From Lama glama (lineage: Eukaryota), in contig CM052817.1 in the NCBI GenBank assembly GCA_028534125.1, positions 8,992,001-9,056,000 on the forward strand: 64,000 bases of DNA, given 5' to 3'. Shown here piece by piece: positions 15,561-28,622 of the stretch (within the stretch, counting starts at the first letter, position 1; each line of letters opens with the position of its first letter). A program made the translations under genes and the position numbers. A model generated the notes under the pieces. It worked only from the letters and a program-made list of their open reading frames with translations. It searched no databases and had not been told where the DNA came from.

Positions 15561-16543
15561 AGGAGATATGTATACAGGGGCATGATACGAGGAGCTTTAT
15601 TTTATTACACACTGAGAAAGAAACCAGTTTATTTGACACCTGCCATATGCTAGGCACCATGCAAGTGCACCATCCACTCTCCTAAATAATTTTTTACAGC
15701 AGCTCTTTCAGACTGTCCCTGGGGTTCAGAAAGATTAAGTATCATGAGCTAGTGAACAGCAGAGTCAGAGCCTGAATCCTCACCTATCTTAGTCCAAAGA
15801 CCCTTCTCTTATCTTGACACATGCTACCTCCTCTGAAAAGGAAAATGAGCAAGCAAACACACAAAACTGACCTTCTGGCAGGTGTAAAAGATGGGGCAAA
15901 TTAGAAGGCAGGAAACCAATTAGGAGGCTGTTTTAATCATCAGCATGAGCAGTGGGGACCGCAAGGGCCTCACTGTGAATCCAACCAAGAGACCTCCACG
16001 CAGTGTGTTCTCCTGGGTCTGGACTCATGGGAAGTGGGTTGTGCTTCTGGAGTCAGGAGAGGATGGAGGAGGGAAGGAGTCTGAGACGCCCACAGCTTGC
16101 CCATGTGGGCAGGTGGGCTTAGATGTTTCTCGTGCATCCTGTGGGCTGCGAACGACAGTGAGAGAGGGAAAGTCCTCACAGGAAAAGACAATACTACTGT
16201 GTGTGGTTGCACCGTCTTCCTCTGTCCCGCCTTCATTGCTGCAGTTCTCTCCCCACGTCTACCTCCCCGTCTCGCTTCTCATTCACTGAGGAATGGTCAG
16301 TTCCTGGCAGAAAGCTCTTGGGAAAAGAAAAGTGGTTATAGAAAAAGAACTGTGTTACTACAGTGCTGAGAAAAGAAGCAATTTGGAAAATAGGGTAGCA
16401 GAACAGTAAGGACTGGCAGGGAGGAAGAGAGAGGCCCATAGGAATTGGTAGAGAAGAGGAGAAGGAAAGTTGTTTTCCAAAATAGCTGCTACTGCTAATA
16501 TTTACTGACCAATTACCATATGGCAGATACTTGTGTGTCGGGG

Positions 16544-16554
16544 GTGTGTGTGTC

Positions 16555-16597
<43 letters not shown>

Positions 16598-16611
16598 GAG
16601 AGAGAGAGAGA
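16544..16611. repeat. (TG)n followed by (GA)n microsatellite
   Basis: Directly visible. Confidence 0.95.
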
Positions 16612-16682
16612 GGTGGGGAAGGGACTATCTTTATCCAACGATTTAGGTGCTTTCATCAGATCTACGTTACATTTGAGAACAC

Positions 16683-17182
16683 TGTGGTTGGCTGAAAAAT
16701 AGCTACTCAAATAATATCCACATTTGAATCTCTGGAACCTGTGAAAGTTATTTTATGTGGTAAAATCAGCTGTTCACAGATGTGATTAAATTAAGAATCT
16801 TGAGAAGGGGAAATTACCCTGGATTATCCAGGTGGACCCTAAATGCAAACACAAGTATGTTTATAAGAGGAAGGCTGAAGAAAACACTACTACACATAGA
16901 GGAGAAGGCAATGTGAAGATGGAGCAGAGAGAGATTAGAAGATACCAGCCTTGAAGATTAGAGTGATGAAATAGCAAGACAAGGAATGACACCAGCCACC
17001 AGAAGCTGGAGGACGCAAAGAGTGGACTATCCCTTAGAGCATCTGGAGGGAACATGGCTCTGCAGACACCTTGATTTTGGCCCAGAGGTATTGTATTCAG
17101 ATTTCCATCCTCCAGAACTGTGAGGGTTTTAAGCCACTAAGTTTGTGGTAGTTTGTTATAGCAATCACAAGGAACTAATATA
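16683..17182 (+). mobile_element. MaLR solo LTR (MLT1D-like), near full length
   Basis: tgtggttggctgaaaaat...tctggaacctgtgaa...cagatgtgattaaattaagaatcttgag...ggattatccaggtggaccctaaatgcaa...ccaccagaagctggagg...tttaagccactaagtttgtggtagtttgttatagca...aactaata. Confidence 0.9.
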
Positions 17183-17940
17183 GACACCAAGGGTCTGCAA
17201 GTTTAAATAATTGGTCCAATAAGTGGTTAAGCCCTCCTCTACCCAAACAGTGTGACTTGAGTGGCCTTGAACAGCTGTGGTCCCTCCCAGTACCTGGGCT
17301 TCTTTAAATGTTACTGAGAGACAAACATAAGAATTGGAATTCCTGTTGGCCTGTAGTGTCCAGAATAATTACTGCAGAAAACCACTCTGCCATTGATCTT
17401 GGGGATACCAATTAATAAGCATTTCAGTAGGAACTCAATAAAACGGGTAAATCGTCAAAGCAAGTCTCCAAGAACATTTTGGAAGAGTTTTGGACAGAGT
17501 CTCTTAGAGGTTGGGTGAATAATACCTATGGTGTCTGGAGCCTTCCCCTGGCACAGCCTCAGACCTCTAACCACCCCCAGGAGCAGGCAAGCCCACCCCG
17601 AGAGCTGTTTTCCATCTCATCTTTCATCAAAGGGCAGGTGGAGCCTTCCTTCATAGAGGGGAGGGGCTTCAGTCTTTCCACAAGCCCCTCACAGTCCCTT
17701 GTGCATTTGCTCTGGGCATTTCCCAGCAGCTAACGGGACAATCCTTCTGGAGTGGGTGGAGCAGGGAAAACATTTGGTAAAAAATCCGATCCCCTCTCCT
17801 TCTCTGAACTGAGGACTTGATTAAGTTGGGTTTTCAAATAAAGTTAAAAGTTGTTCTAAAAGTTTTCAAATTTCCATGAAAAATTTTGTCTCTGAAGGTT
17901 TGCAAGCTCTTAATACTGAAAGCCTGGCCCCTCTGTGCTC

Positions 17941-17961
17941 CTCAGTACCATGGACAGCCCC
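17941..17961 (+). promoter_or_regulatory. Candidate RE1/NRSE (REST binding site)
   Basis: CTCAGTACCATGGACAGCCCC matches TTCAGCACCATGGACAGCGCC at 18 of 21 positions with canonical half-site spacing. Confidence 0.6.
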
Positions 17962-20900
17962 TCATCTGATGCCTGGTACTGGGGGTTGAAGCCAGTCTAC
18001 TCAATTTTATCTCTGCCATACCTTCCTCTACCGACACACATTTTTTTCTAGTCACAGGACCTCCTCACCTCCTCCTCTATATAGGATACTTCTTCCCAAA
18101 ACTGTCTTCTCTGCACTCTCTAGGACACGCACAACACTCCTGCCCTCCTTGGTTTGACTTAGTCACACTCTCAGGGGTCAATCCAGAAAGCCCTCCTTGA
18201 CTAACCTTCCACTAGACCTTGGGAATCCTCAGGCCCGTGTGCGTATCTTTGCCACATCCTGTAACACTGACAATATAATCATCTATTTCACTGTCAATGA
18301 GCTCCATGAGCAAGGATATAATTTCACTTATTCATTTTACCCAGAATCCTAGCACATCATAGGGGTTCACTGGGATTTGTAAACGACTGGGTGAATATAT
18401 AAACAAATAAATGGGTAGCAGTGATTTTGTTGTGTCTGTAGCCTCAGCAGAGAGTCTCACATGAAGATAATGCATCTGAATCTTCTCTCTGTCCTTCCTT
18501 TACACGGCCTTGCTAAGAGCAAGTGCTCAATACTGTATTATTGATGGATTCCAATCAAAACTTAATCTCGTTTGAAGAAATTTCAGATGTTTCTGATGGT
18601 ATTAACCTGAGGGCTCTAAGTCCTGATAACCTAGACCCAGAATCCATTTTAAAACTTTATCCCCTCACAATTCCTGCCCCCAAACCCTTAAACATATTGG
18701 ACAACTCACTGTTTTCTGACAAGATATAAAATTCAATATCTCTGTGGTTTTGTCTGTGCTGTTGTCTCTACCTAAAACGCCATTCCCCCTTCTGTCCAGC
18801 TGGAAAACACTTCTCAGGCTCTGAGGTCCAGGTCCAGCTTAATAACCTGCACCCATTTCTATCACAGTATTTTCTACACTTAATCAAAGTAGTTAAGTGT
18901 TGATCCCAGGGTGCTACGAGATCTTGAAAACAGAACAATATCTCACTGAACTGTACTCCAGTGCCTAGAGCTTATCTTGGGCTTAGAACATTGAAATCCT
19001 CAGTGAGAATGAATGTGTGATACCTAGCTGGACCAAATCAGAGCCAAGGAGGTCACCTGTCACGAATACAAATTAGGTTCTTTACTTTCAGAGTCATTTT
19101 CCAGAAAAATTAGACAACACACACACAAAAGGCAAATGGCCAACTTCAAGAGCACAGAATAAGTTAGTAGGGAAGGCAGGACAAAAGCCAAAGCCTCTGG
19201 AATCCAGCCTTTCCACCTGTCAGCCCAAGAGGGTCCACTTGGTCATTTACCCATCTTTCTTGATTACTGGGGCTCTCAAGGGCTGAGTGAAGGGTCTGAT
19301 CACCTAAAAGTCCTTGAACACCTTTGACTCAGGGAAGCAAGTGGCTCCTTTTCCCAGCCAGATGTGTCCTCCCTAGGGAGACTGCAGACAAACGTGATTA
19401 GCTTCCTCTCAGTCTTCTATGAATTGCAAATGTGTTTCACTCACACCGCAGTGACATCCATTGTCTGCCTCTGTGCAGAGGCCAATAATGTCAATTAAAT
19501 GCCAAAGCTCACTAACAGGTGTGCTGATTGCCTCTGCAAAATAATGTACTGGAGCAGCATTCCAAGTGTGAAGTAGACAAGAAAGAACATTCCGTCTCTT
19601 CCCCCACCCCCATTCCCATTTCCCTTATTAGCTTTTACATTTGGCCCTTGCTGCCAAGAATCGACTTTTCCCCGCTGAAAACAAAATCAGAATCATGCTT
19701 CATATGTGCAAACTACACCAGCAACATTTCTGATAAATAACATCCCTCTCACTATTTCCCCACTGCAGGGCTGACTCTCAGGTCTTTCTCTAGCTCCCCT
19801 CCCCCAAATCCAACCATCCCACTCACAGCTCACGGAGTGATCTTCCCGAAGAGGAAAAGCTTTCAGTCTGTCATCTTCATACTCGAAAGCCTTTAATGAT
19901 TTCTCATTGTCTGTTCAATCAAGTACATATTCTTCAGATGGACACTCAAAATCTTCTATCTAATGGCCCCATACTATTTTTATGAAATAATCTTGCACTG
20001 CACATCAGCCCACCATGAGCCTTGTCCTCTGCTTTTCATGTCGGCTTCTTCTAGCAAACTTCCGTCTGAAATACCTTTTCCTACAAACTCAGTCTAGTGA
20101 AATAACCCTTCCTCCAGAGTCACTTTTGCAAGAGACCTTTATAAAGCTTATCAAAACTCTTTGTTTCCCTCAAATCACACTTATTTTTGAGCATTTACTG
20201 CACATGTCAGACACATGCTAATTACCTTATTTGCATAACTTCATTTCATCTTTACAAAATGAGATATTGTCACTTTCATCTCATAGATGGGGAAATTGAG
20301 TCTCTAAGGATTGAACTAACTGGCCCAAAGTCACAAAGTTAGTAAGAGGCGGAACCTAGTATTAAACCCAGAGAGGTGCAATTCCAATGGATAGGGTCTG
20401 ATCCTATATGGTGTATGTTGGCATCCCAAGTAAAATCTTACTGATTACTGTGCAAATGAGGATTCATTCCTGTGGCTGCCTCTAATATCAAGTCATGAAT
20501 TCTGAGGGAACATGCCATTTTCACCTGTGTCTGCCTTCTGTTCAAAAGCAGAAGCTCAAAGACAGATGTTAAAATTTTGAAAGCAATTCAGTCTGTCCCT
20601 GGAGGAACATGTCTGTCCCTGGATCTACTTTTTACTTTGAGTGTCTATAGATTTGTTGCATGAAAATGTGAACTGAAATCCTACTGGCATAGAGGCTAGA
20701 ATCAGTGGTCACATTTATATCTAAGCTCTGTGACTGAGAGCCACAGGGTGATTTATTTAATGCTTATAGCCTGTAAAATCACATGGTGTTAGCCTAGACT
20801 CATGAGAACACTGTGTTTCCATCATGTTTGGTTTCTGCCCTCCACTAGCTCAGGATCCTATCCAGAGAAAAACTTTGCCCATTCCTGCTGCCTTCTGAGG

Positions 20901-23438
20901 TCTGGCTTCCTCCCCCAAGCCCGCAGTCACTATGACAGGCCTGCTACTCACAGATGGAGCTACGGAGAAGCCTGCCCAAAGATAATTTTCATTTCAAAGC
21001 TCAAACATGAAAAGCGCTCCCTTGCTGGGTAAATGAACCCACTGTTTTCTTGTTAAATCAAGCTCTTTTGAAAGGAAGCTGGAGAATGAAACTGGCAGAG
21101 GAATTGGAGAGACGGGAAGTGGAAAACAAAACTTTGGTAGCCCTTTTTTTCCCCTCATTTTCAATTTTTCAGCTAAGCTTAACTTGGATGAGTAAATGAA
21201 CTATGTTTTCCTAAGATGCACTTAGAAAGCTGAAGATCGAAGAGGGCTTGCTTAACAATACAGCCTGGTATCTATGACCCTTGATCTAACTGAACTGGCT
21301 AATTAAACTGCTTGATCCAGAACTTATACCACTGCAGTAGTTTGATCTTTAATTGCAGGGGTGGGTCATAAGCATCCGTGTTCCTTTTACAGAAAAAAAA
21401 AAAGTAGAAGTTCAACTTCCTGGAGGCCCAAATCCATGAATTAGCAGTGTCTGCTAATTCTAGAAAATTGCAAAAGGAAAAAAAGACTGGAAAATTTTCA
21501 TAGTGGGCAGGGGGCAGATTCTACCTCCCCCTTGAACCCATCAGTCTACCTTGGGTCTGAGTCATCTCTTTTACAACAAGCAGAAATTATTCTCATGGTT
21601 GAATGATTAGTAGAACTGAGCTATTCTGTTCCCTGGCTAAGAACAGTCTTTCTCTCTCTGAGAATATCTCTGTCTTTAGTTCTGAATGCCCTCTCCCTAC
21701 CCATAGAATCAGGAGAAATGCAAGAGGGGAGGAGTGAGAAAAAGAAAAAATTTTTATAGAGACTGGGCAGCTGATCATCTTGATGCCCCGAGAGCAGACA
21801 GAAAGGTCATCTTCACTCTTACAGATGATCTGAGACCCCACCCAGGTTTAAGTCTCATAATCTTGAGGACACACACTTATTAACCCCCAGATAAACAGCA
21901 ACAGACTCCTACCATTGTCATTTGACTTTCTTCCTTGGTGTTAGATATAGGAGACCTCTAATGAGTTAGGGCCCTCGGGCTCTAGAGAATGCCATGGCTT
22001 CAAAAATTCTGGTACAGCTACTTTTGGCTCTCTACCCCTTTCTTGCTAACTGAACCCATTCTTCCAATGGCTGTGAGGGAGATATGAGAACACACACACA
22101 CAAGCCTGCCTAGGGTTGGACCATTGCTAAGGGTTGGAATGGAGCTAAAACTAAACTCCTCATACCCAATGCATTTAACAGGGACCTTGGACTGGATTAT
22201 AGGGAAACTGAATACTCTATTAGTTTTCCAGCTCTGTTTCACTTCCCTCAGTGCCTAAATCCTACTCCCAAATGTTAAAACACTCTAGATGATTTCAAAG
22301 AAGAATGAGAGGACAATGGTAAGACTTCCCTCCATCTGGGGGCAAACCCAGCTTTCCTCACATTAATTACATAGATGAAAACTTAAAAAGAGGGAAGAAA
22401 AGAGACAGAATATTGGGTTTGGAATTATTTGTGTACATGTTAAGGCTGGCTCTTCTTTAGGACCTTTGCTCTTGATGTTTCCTTTGGTAAAAAGTGTTTT
22501 CTTATAACTCTTCTAATGAGGGCTCAGATCCTATGTCATCTCCTCAGAAAGGCCTTCTCTGTTCACCCAGTCTAAGGTGGTTCCCCACCCTCATGCCCAG
22601 TTATTCTAGCTCACTGCTATGTTTTTCATTTTCTTCATTACACATGTTATTATTAGAAACTGTCTTGTTTACTATCCCCCACTCTTCATCAGAGTACAAG
22701 TTTCATAATAGTAAGTCACATGTCTGGTTTTTGTTTTTTTAGAGCACCCCTGGGACATCAGACTCAATTAATATCAGTGGAATTGGGAAAACATGTCAGT
22801 TTTGTCTCAACAGACTCTTTTGAGTGCTCAGCAGAATACAAGGCGCATAACATGTGCACTACAAACAGCTTCCAAACACGAGGCCAGCTGACGGAGCTCT
22901 CAGACACTGTAGCGCAGTAAATTCTAAGGAACTTTCCCATCGTCTCCGGGCACTTTCTGAGCTTCATTCGTATCCTCACTCATGTCACAAGCTGCTTGAG
23001 GCCAGAGATCGTGTGTTTACTTCTGGGTAGGTACAGTGACATCTCGGAGTTAATGAGCATTTATGCACCCACCTGTCACCATACATAGATGATGACCCTG
23101 GCAGGAGAATGGCCAGGGAACAGAAGCCAATCACAGTGAAAGAAGGAGCCCAGAGGGGAATGAGCCGATTCAGATCATGAACACCTAAGGCCCTCAGCAG
23201 TATTTGAAAAACCTCAAGGGCTGAGAGTATGAAAGAAGGAATTCAGGAATAAAGATCATGTTCCAATGAACAGCATTTTAGACCTCAGGCTTATTATTGT
23301 GTGTCAAATACTAAGTTAGTGTATATATGTACTCTACCATTTATTTCAAATATTAATCAAATGAGAGAAGTAATAACTATATTCTGTGATAAAGAAGAGA
23401 AAATAAAATTTGAAAGGTTATTCTAGCCCAGGTCAGTC

Positions 23439-23439
<1 letters not shown>

Positions 23440-23474
<35 letters not shown>

Positions 23475-23503
23475 CAACAACAATAATAACAATAATAACA
23501 ATA
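23440..23503. repeat. Compound (AAT)n/(AAC)n microsatellite
   Basis: Directly visible. Confidence 0.95.
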
Positions 23504-23640
23504 GCTAATATTTGGATAAAAATTACTATGTGCCAGGCACTATCTTGGGCAATTCTGCTATGTTATCTCACTTAACCACATAAGAGTACTGTGAAGAAGG
23601 TACCATTATTACTCCTAGTTCTGCAAATAAGGAAACTAAA

Positions 23641-23768
23641 GCGGGGAGGGTATAACTGAGTGGTAGAGTGCCTGCTTAGCGTGCACAAGATCCTAGGTTC
23701 AATCCCCAGTACCTCCATCAAAAAAATAAAAAATAAATAAATAAATCTAGTTACCTGCCCCCTTCAAA
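23641..23768 (+). mobile_element. tRNA-derived SINE, vic-1 (camelid) type, inserted in a MIR
   Basis: ggggagggtataactgagtggtagagtgcctgcttagc...ggttcaatccccagtacctcca (A and B boxes), then an A-rich tract, a ttacctgccccc tail, and a perfect 16-bp TSD AAATAAGGAAACTAAA at 23625-23640 and 23769-23784. Confidence 0.9.
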
Positions 23769-26014
23769 AAATAAGGAAACTAAAACACAGAAGTTAAATA
23801 AATTGCCCAGATTCACTCATTATAGAACCAAGTTTCAAACCCAAGTGATTTGGTTCCAAAGTCTACATTCAGAACCACCATGTTGATCTACTTTCTAGGG
23901 CCCAACATTTCTTCTTGCCTTTCAGTGTGTTCTTGCTCATATCTCTATGGTCATCATCATCATCATCATTGTCAACACTTCTGTATGTGTCCAGTTTGGT
24001 TCAACCATAAAATATAGGGTCACAGGTGAGACTAAGTGAGGATAGGTGAGTTAGAACAAGTAAAATGGGTTTATAACACAAGTGAGTTCAAGTGCCATAC
24101 CTGGAATTATTTTGAAATTTACCCAAAGCGAGCATAGAGATAGCAAACAATTTTTAGTAGAGGCCAGGAGACCCAGAAGATAAACTTCTCATTGTTCATT
24201 TTATTTTAATTCTTGATAAAAACATTAAAAGGTTTGCATAAGACCAACCTAGATGTGTGGCTAAACTTCACAGCAGATTCAGACTTCTTCAATGTGGAAG
24301 ATGATGGGTTGGTTGAATGAGACACAGAAGCCTGGTTTTGAATCTTGGGTTTCATTAGCCTACTAGTTATGTGACTTTGGAAAATTTGCTTAAACTTTCC
24401 AACCCCAGTTAAATTATTAAATGGTGCTAATATTAGTTCCCAACTTCTGGGACTAGTGTGAGGAGTGGAAGACTGTAAGCCAGACTACGTTTACCCTTGA
24501 TTGTATGCATTAGCAAAAGTGAAGTATCTTAAGAGATTCCCTGCACATAGTAGGCAGTATAAATAGGTAAACTGAATAAGGAGTTTGTATCCAGCATTCC
24601 ACCTAGAATAAATCATACACCCAGTAGTAATATGTATGGCATTTTCATGTTCAGATGATAAGAATGCAAAAGAGTTAATTGGCAAGAAAGGGGAAATTAA
24701 TCTGGAAGAGAGCATCTTTTTATAAAACAACGAAAATGATAAATAATAATCAGAAAAGGACAAAAGCAAACTCTTTTTTATTATCTGTCTTAAGTGAGAA
24801 TTAGAAGAAAGACCCCCAGCTTCCAGAACCAAACCTTTTCTCATCTCCTGTGTTAGAGAAAAGAAACTCAACTGGCAGGATGGTAATTCAGACTCCATAA
24901 TTAGATGGTGAATGATAATTAATCTTGGACCCTGAGTCAGTTCCCTGCCAGCATGCTTCCTTTCTCTGTGCCAGTTCTCCACTGCCCAGACCCCCTCAGA
25001 TTCTTAAGCCCAAAATCACTCATTTGAGTTTGGCTTAATTAATTTCCCTCCAAAGTCTCACCTATTGCCTTCGCTCATTGTTAAGCTTCTATTGAATTTC
25101 CTCACTGATTATATTTGTTTCCTCAGAGCCTGGAGGAAGGACAATAAATGTGTAATTTCTCACCCTTTGCAACAATCGTCAAGGACTTGGAGGGGAGCCC
25201 CTCCCCCTTTCCATTTTTGCTAAAAGTTTGCATGAAATTGACATTAAGCACATGTACACAGTGTGCAATGGACTGCCAAGAACAAAACCCAAAGGAATGG
25301 ATATGGTTTTATTTTAAGCTGTATTTTGGGTAAACAAGGCTGAACATGCTTCAGTGGTTCCCTCTGTCACTGATGACACCTAAATTATTCTTGGTCAAGC
25401 CCTTGAGAAGCCTCAAGTGCGTCATGTAGGGGAGACAGAAAGAACAAGACTTGGAGACAGACTGGAAAGAGTTGAGAATTAACCCAGGTTTTTGCTTTTG
25501 TGCCAGGACAAATAATGTGAGCATTCACTGAGAAAGGTAACATTGGAAGAGAAGTTAGTTCGAGGGGAAAATGTTAATGGTTTTAGTTTTGGAAATGTTG
25601 AGTTTGAGTTGCCTTTGGGATTGTAATAATCTTAACCCCAAATTCTTTTCTTTACAGAAAAATTCCTTGAAAGAAATATTTCTATGCAATGTCTTAGGTT
25701 AGGGTTCACTGAAGGAGGCCATGAGAGGAGGATTTGTGTGGAAATGACTTGTTAAGAAATGTTTATCAGTCAGATTCCCACAGAGGGTAACTTTGGCTCA
25801 GTTCCCAAAGGAGCCACAGAGATGGTAGAAGCCACCACCATCACGCAGAATATCCAAAATGGGGGGTAGTCAACAAAACCTCAGGGCCTTTTGTTTTCTC
25901 ATTTTCCCTACTTAGACTGTCACCTGTTAGATTTTTGCAGGGCTAGCTCCTTACAATTCAGGTCTCTACTCAAATATCTTTTTCTCATAGACACAAAACT
26001 AAAATTGACTTATA

Positions 26015-26225
26015 CCACTGCAACCACCATCACCACCCCGCAACCACACCCCCACAGCCACCCTACTTCCCCTGACCACCATGATCAGTGCCACCTCCAC
26101 TGCCCCCTCTTCCACCAAAATCACCCCCAATGCTACTACCACTCCCCATCGTCATGTTCACCACCATCCCCATCATTGCTACCAACACATGGAACTTCGC
26201 CACTGCTATCACCATACCCCCATCG
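26015..26225. repeat. Degenerate (CAC/CAT)n low-complexity tract
   Basis: caccatcaccacc-like units throughout. Confidence 0.75.
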
Positions 26226-28622
26226 CTAGTAACTGCAACTTTGTTTTAATTTTCTTCCTAGCACTTTGCACTACTTGATGATCTATTACATATAATAGGC
26301 TTGTTTAGAGTTGTCTGTCTCTCCCATCTTAAACACAGCCTCCTTGAGAACAAGGACTAATTTGCAGCTGCAACACCAATGACTCGAGCACGCCTACCAC
26401 AAGGTAGGCTTATATAGACTGGCTGCCTATTGAGGAACCAGAGAGAGATGGGATCACTACGGAGAAACAACTCGGAAGAAATGAGGAAGCTGAAGTGCGA
26501 GCCCAGGGGGAAAAGTGAAGTTACCCAGGGCAAGAGAAGCCTCTCATTCTGAAAACAAGGAGGTGTGGGTAAGACTTCAGACCTGGCAGGCTGCAGTTTC
26601 TCTGTGAAACAGGGGCTACTATAAACTTTTTTGTCTGCCTCAGCCACAGATAAGCTCATGAAACAGTCAAGGCAAAATTCTCCCCGTCTCTATTGGTTTT
26701 ATGAGCTTATCAATTAACCCAGTGTGCTTCATTCATGTCAGACATAAAATACCTTTATGGCATTATATACCCTTGAAACTGGAAATTTAGAGGGAGAATG
26801 AGATCTTGGGTGGAGTCTGGGGGTTGCCAGTGTTCTGGTCTACCCAGCTGCAGAAATCTTTCCTGGGAGGCAGTGGAAGAGAAGCAGTCTGAGGAAGCTC
26901 CTCTCAATGCCTTACATCCTGACGTTGGCATCGGCACAGCCATCTACTGCTCATCACATTTGATCCCAAGAAGCAACATATTTTAGAGAAAAGAATTTTA
27001 GACACTGACCTGAATGCTGTCTTGCTGGTGGCCAGGTGATCTCTGGCCAATTATTCCTTGTTTCTGAGCCTCAGTTCCTTTGGGTCCAAATGCCTGGTGG
27101 GGTAAGCTATCCTCTATGGCCCCTTCTGGCTGTTGGGTCCTCACAACTCTATGCACTTTCTACAAAAGAGGAAACAGGCTCAGGGTTGTGAGGCAACTTG
27201 CCCAAAGCAACACAGCTCCTGAGTAGCATTCGAGCCTAAAGTCCAGATCTATTCAGTTCTAAGCTAGACTCCTACCCTCCCCACCCCTCTGCCTTCCATC
27301 TACCCAGCCATTGCTAGGCCTTCAAGCAGAGAAGTCCACAGAATGACAGCCCAGGGTCCCAAGTTCCAGGCTGAGTCTGTGGTCGAGGTGGAGGGCAGTC
27401 CCCCTGAACTGGACCTCTGCACTAACTCGCTCAAGCCTCCCTCCTCAGCTCTGCAGACTCTTCATTCCATCCACATGTGCCAGCCTCCCCATTTCAGCCC
27501 CTGGTGCCAGTACTTACGTAAAAACTGTCAAACGATGCAGTGACCCAAGAAGAAGGAGGTAGGGAAAGGGGCAAGAGGATAAAGGAAGTGATTAATGAAC
27601 CTAGTGCTTTGTTAGACTCAAGGCCTTTGGGGACCCACCATGACTGTCTTTGGGGAACAAGGAGTGTAACCAGCTGGGGAGGGTTTGCCCTTGGTCTCTG
27701 AGCACACCTGGCTGGACTCCAGCTTGCTGCTTCGTGGGTGAGTGGGTAAGGCCATTCTCTCTGTGCCTCAGTTTCCTCCCTATAAATGGGAAGAACAATA
27801 CCCACCTCACAGAATTATAACATGAAGCAGAGGGGAAAAAAGCCCACACATGCCTAACACCCTACAGGTGTTTGATAAATGGTGGTCATTATTCTTTTCC
27901 CCTGAACTGAGCAAAAGGTGCTTATCGGAAGTGGCTGGGATGCAATGAGCTATTTGCTGTCCTGAGCAGATGGGTATCTTCAGACAGATGGCAGCACCTT
28001 CCTGCACCACAGCATCTCTCCCTGACATCTACACTCCAGCCTGACAGGGGACCACGCCACAACCCAGGCAGGTAATGCTGTTGTCATGGTGATGAAGTTC
28101 TGTGCTTGGTCCAGCTCTGGTCATCCAGGGCACACAGGATGCAGATCAACAGCTCTTTGTTTGGAATGGAGATGAGGCTGCTAACGATGAGGGGGGCGTG
28201 GGATAATCAACAGCATCAGGACTGCCACAAATTCTCAGTGTGTCTAAAAGCAACTCACTTGGGTTCAGCAGAACTTGGTTTCTTCATCTGTAAGAAGGAA
28301 ATATTAAAATACAGCATTGCTGGAAGACTAAATTAGGTTACGCATGTGATATTGCCAAGGACCATGCCTAACACAAGCCCATATTGAATGTTGGTTCTTT
28401 TCTTCCTTTACTGTTACTTTTAAAGAGATAAGAAGGGAAAAGAAGGATGGAAGGAAGGAAATGGGAAAGAAGGATGCAGGAGGAGGAGGAAAGAGGAAAA
28501 GGATGAGGAAGGGGAAAAGAAATGCTAATAACCACAGCTGCAGCAAAAACAATAGCATTCAGTGTGTCCACCCCGTGAGCTGTTGTTCCAGACTACTTGC
28601 ATGCCTGGTTAACAATCTCCAC

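Noticed and set aside
20592..20623. Short direct duplication GTCTGTCCCTGGA x2 (similar ones near 8426, 36538, 50380 and 55493)
   Set aside because: Ordinary slippage micro-duplications.
23641..23720. tRNA gene
   Set aside because: The A-rich tail, extra 3' segment and TSD identify it as a SINE.
24491..24982. 163-aa minus-strand ORF
   Set aside because: No homology recognised, non-ATG start, and low-complexity composition.
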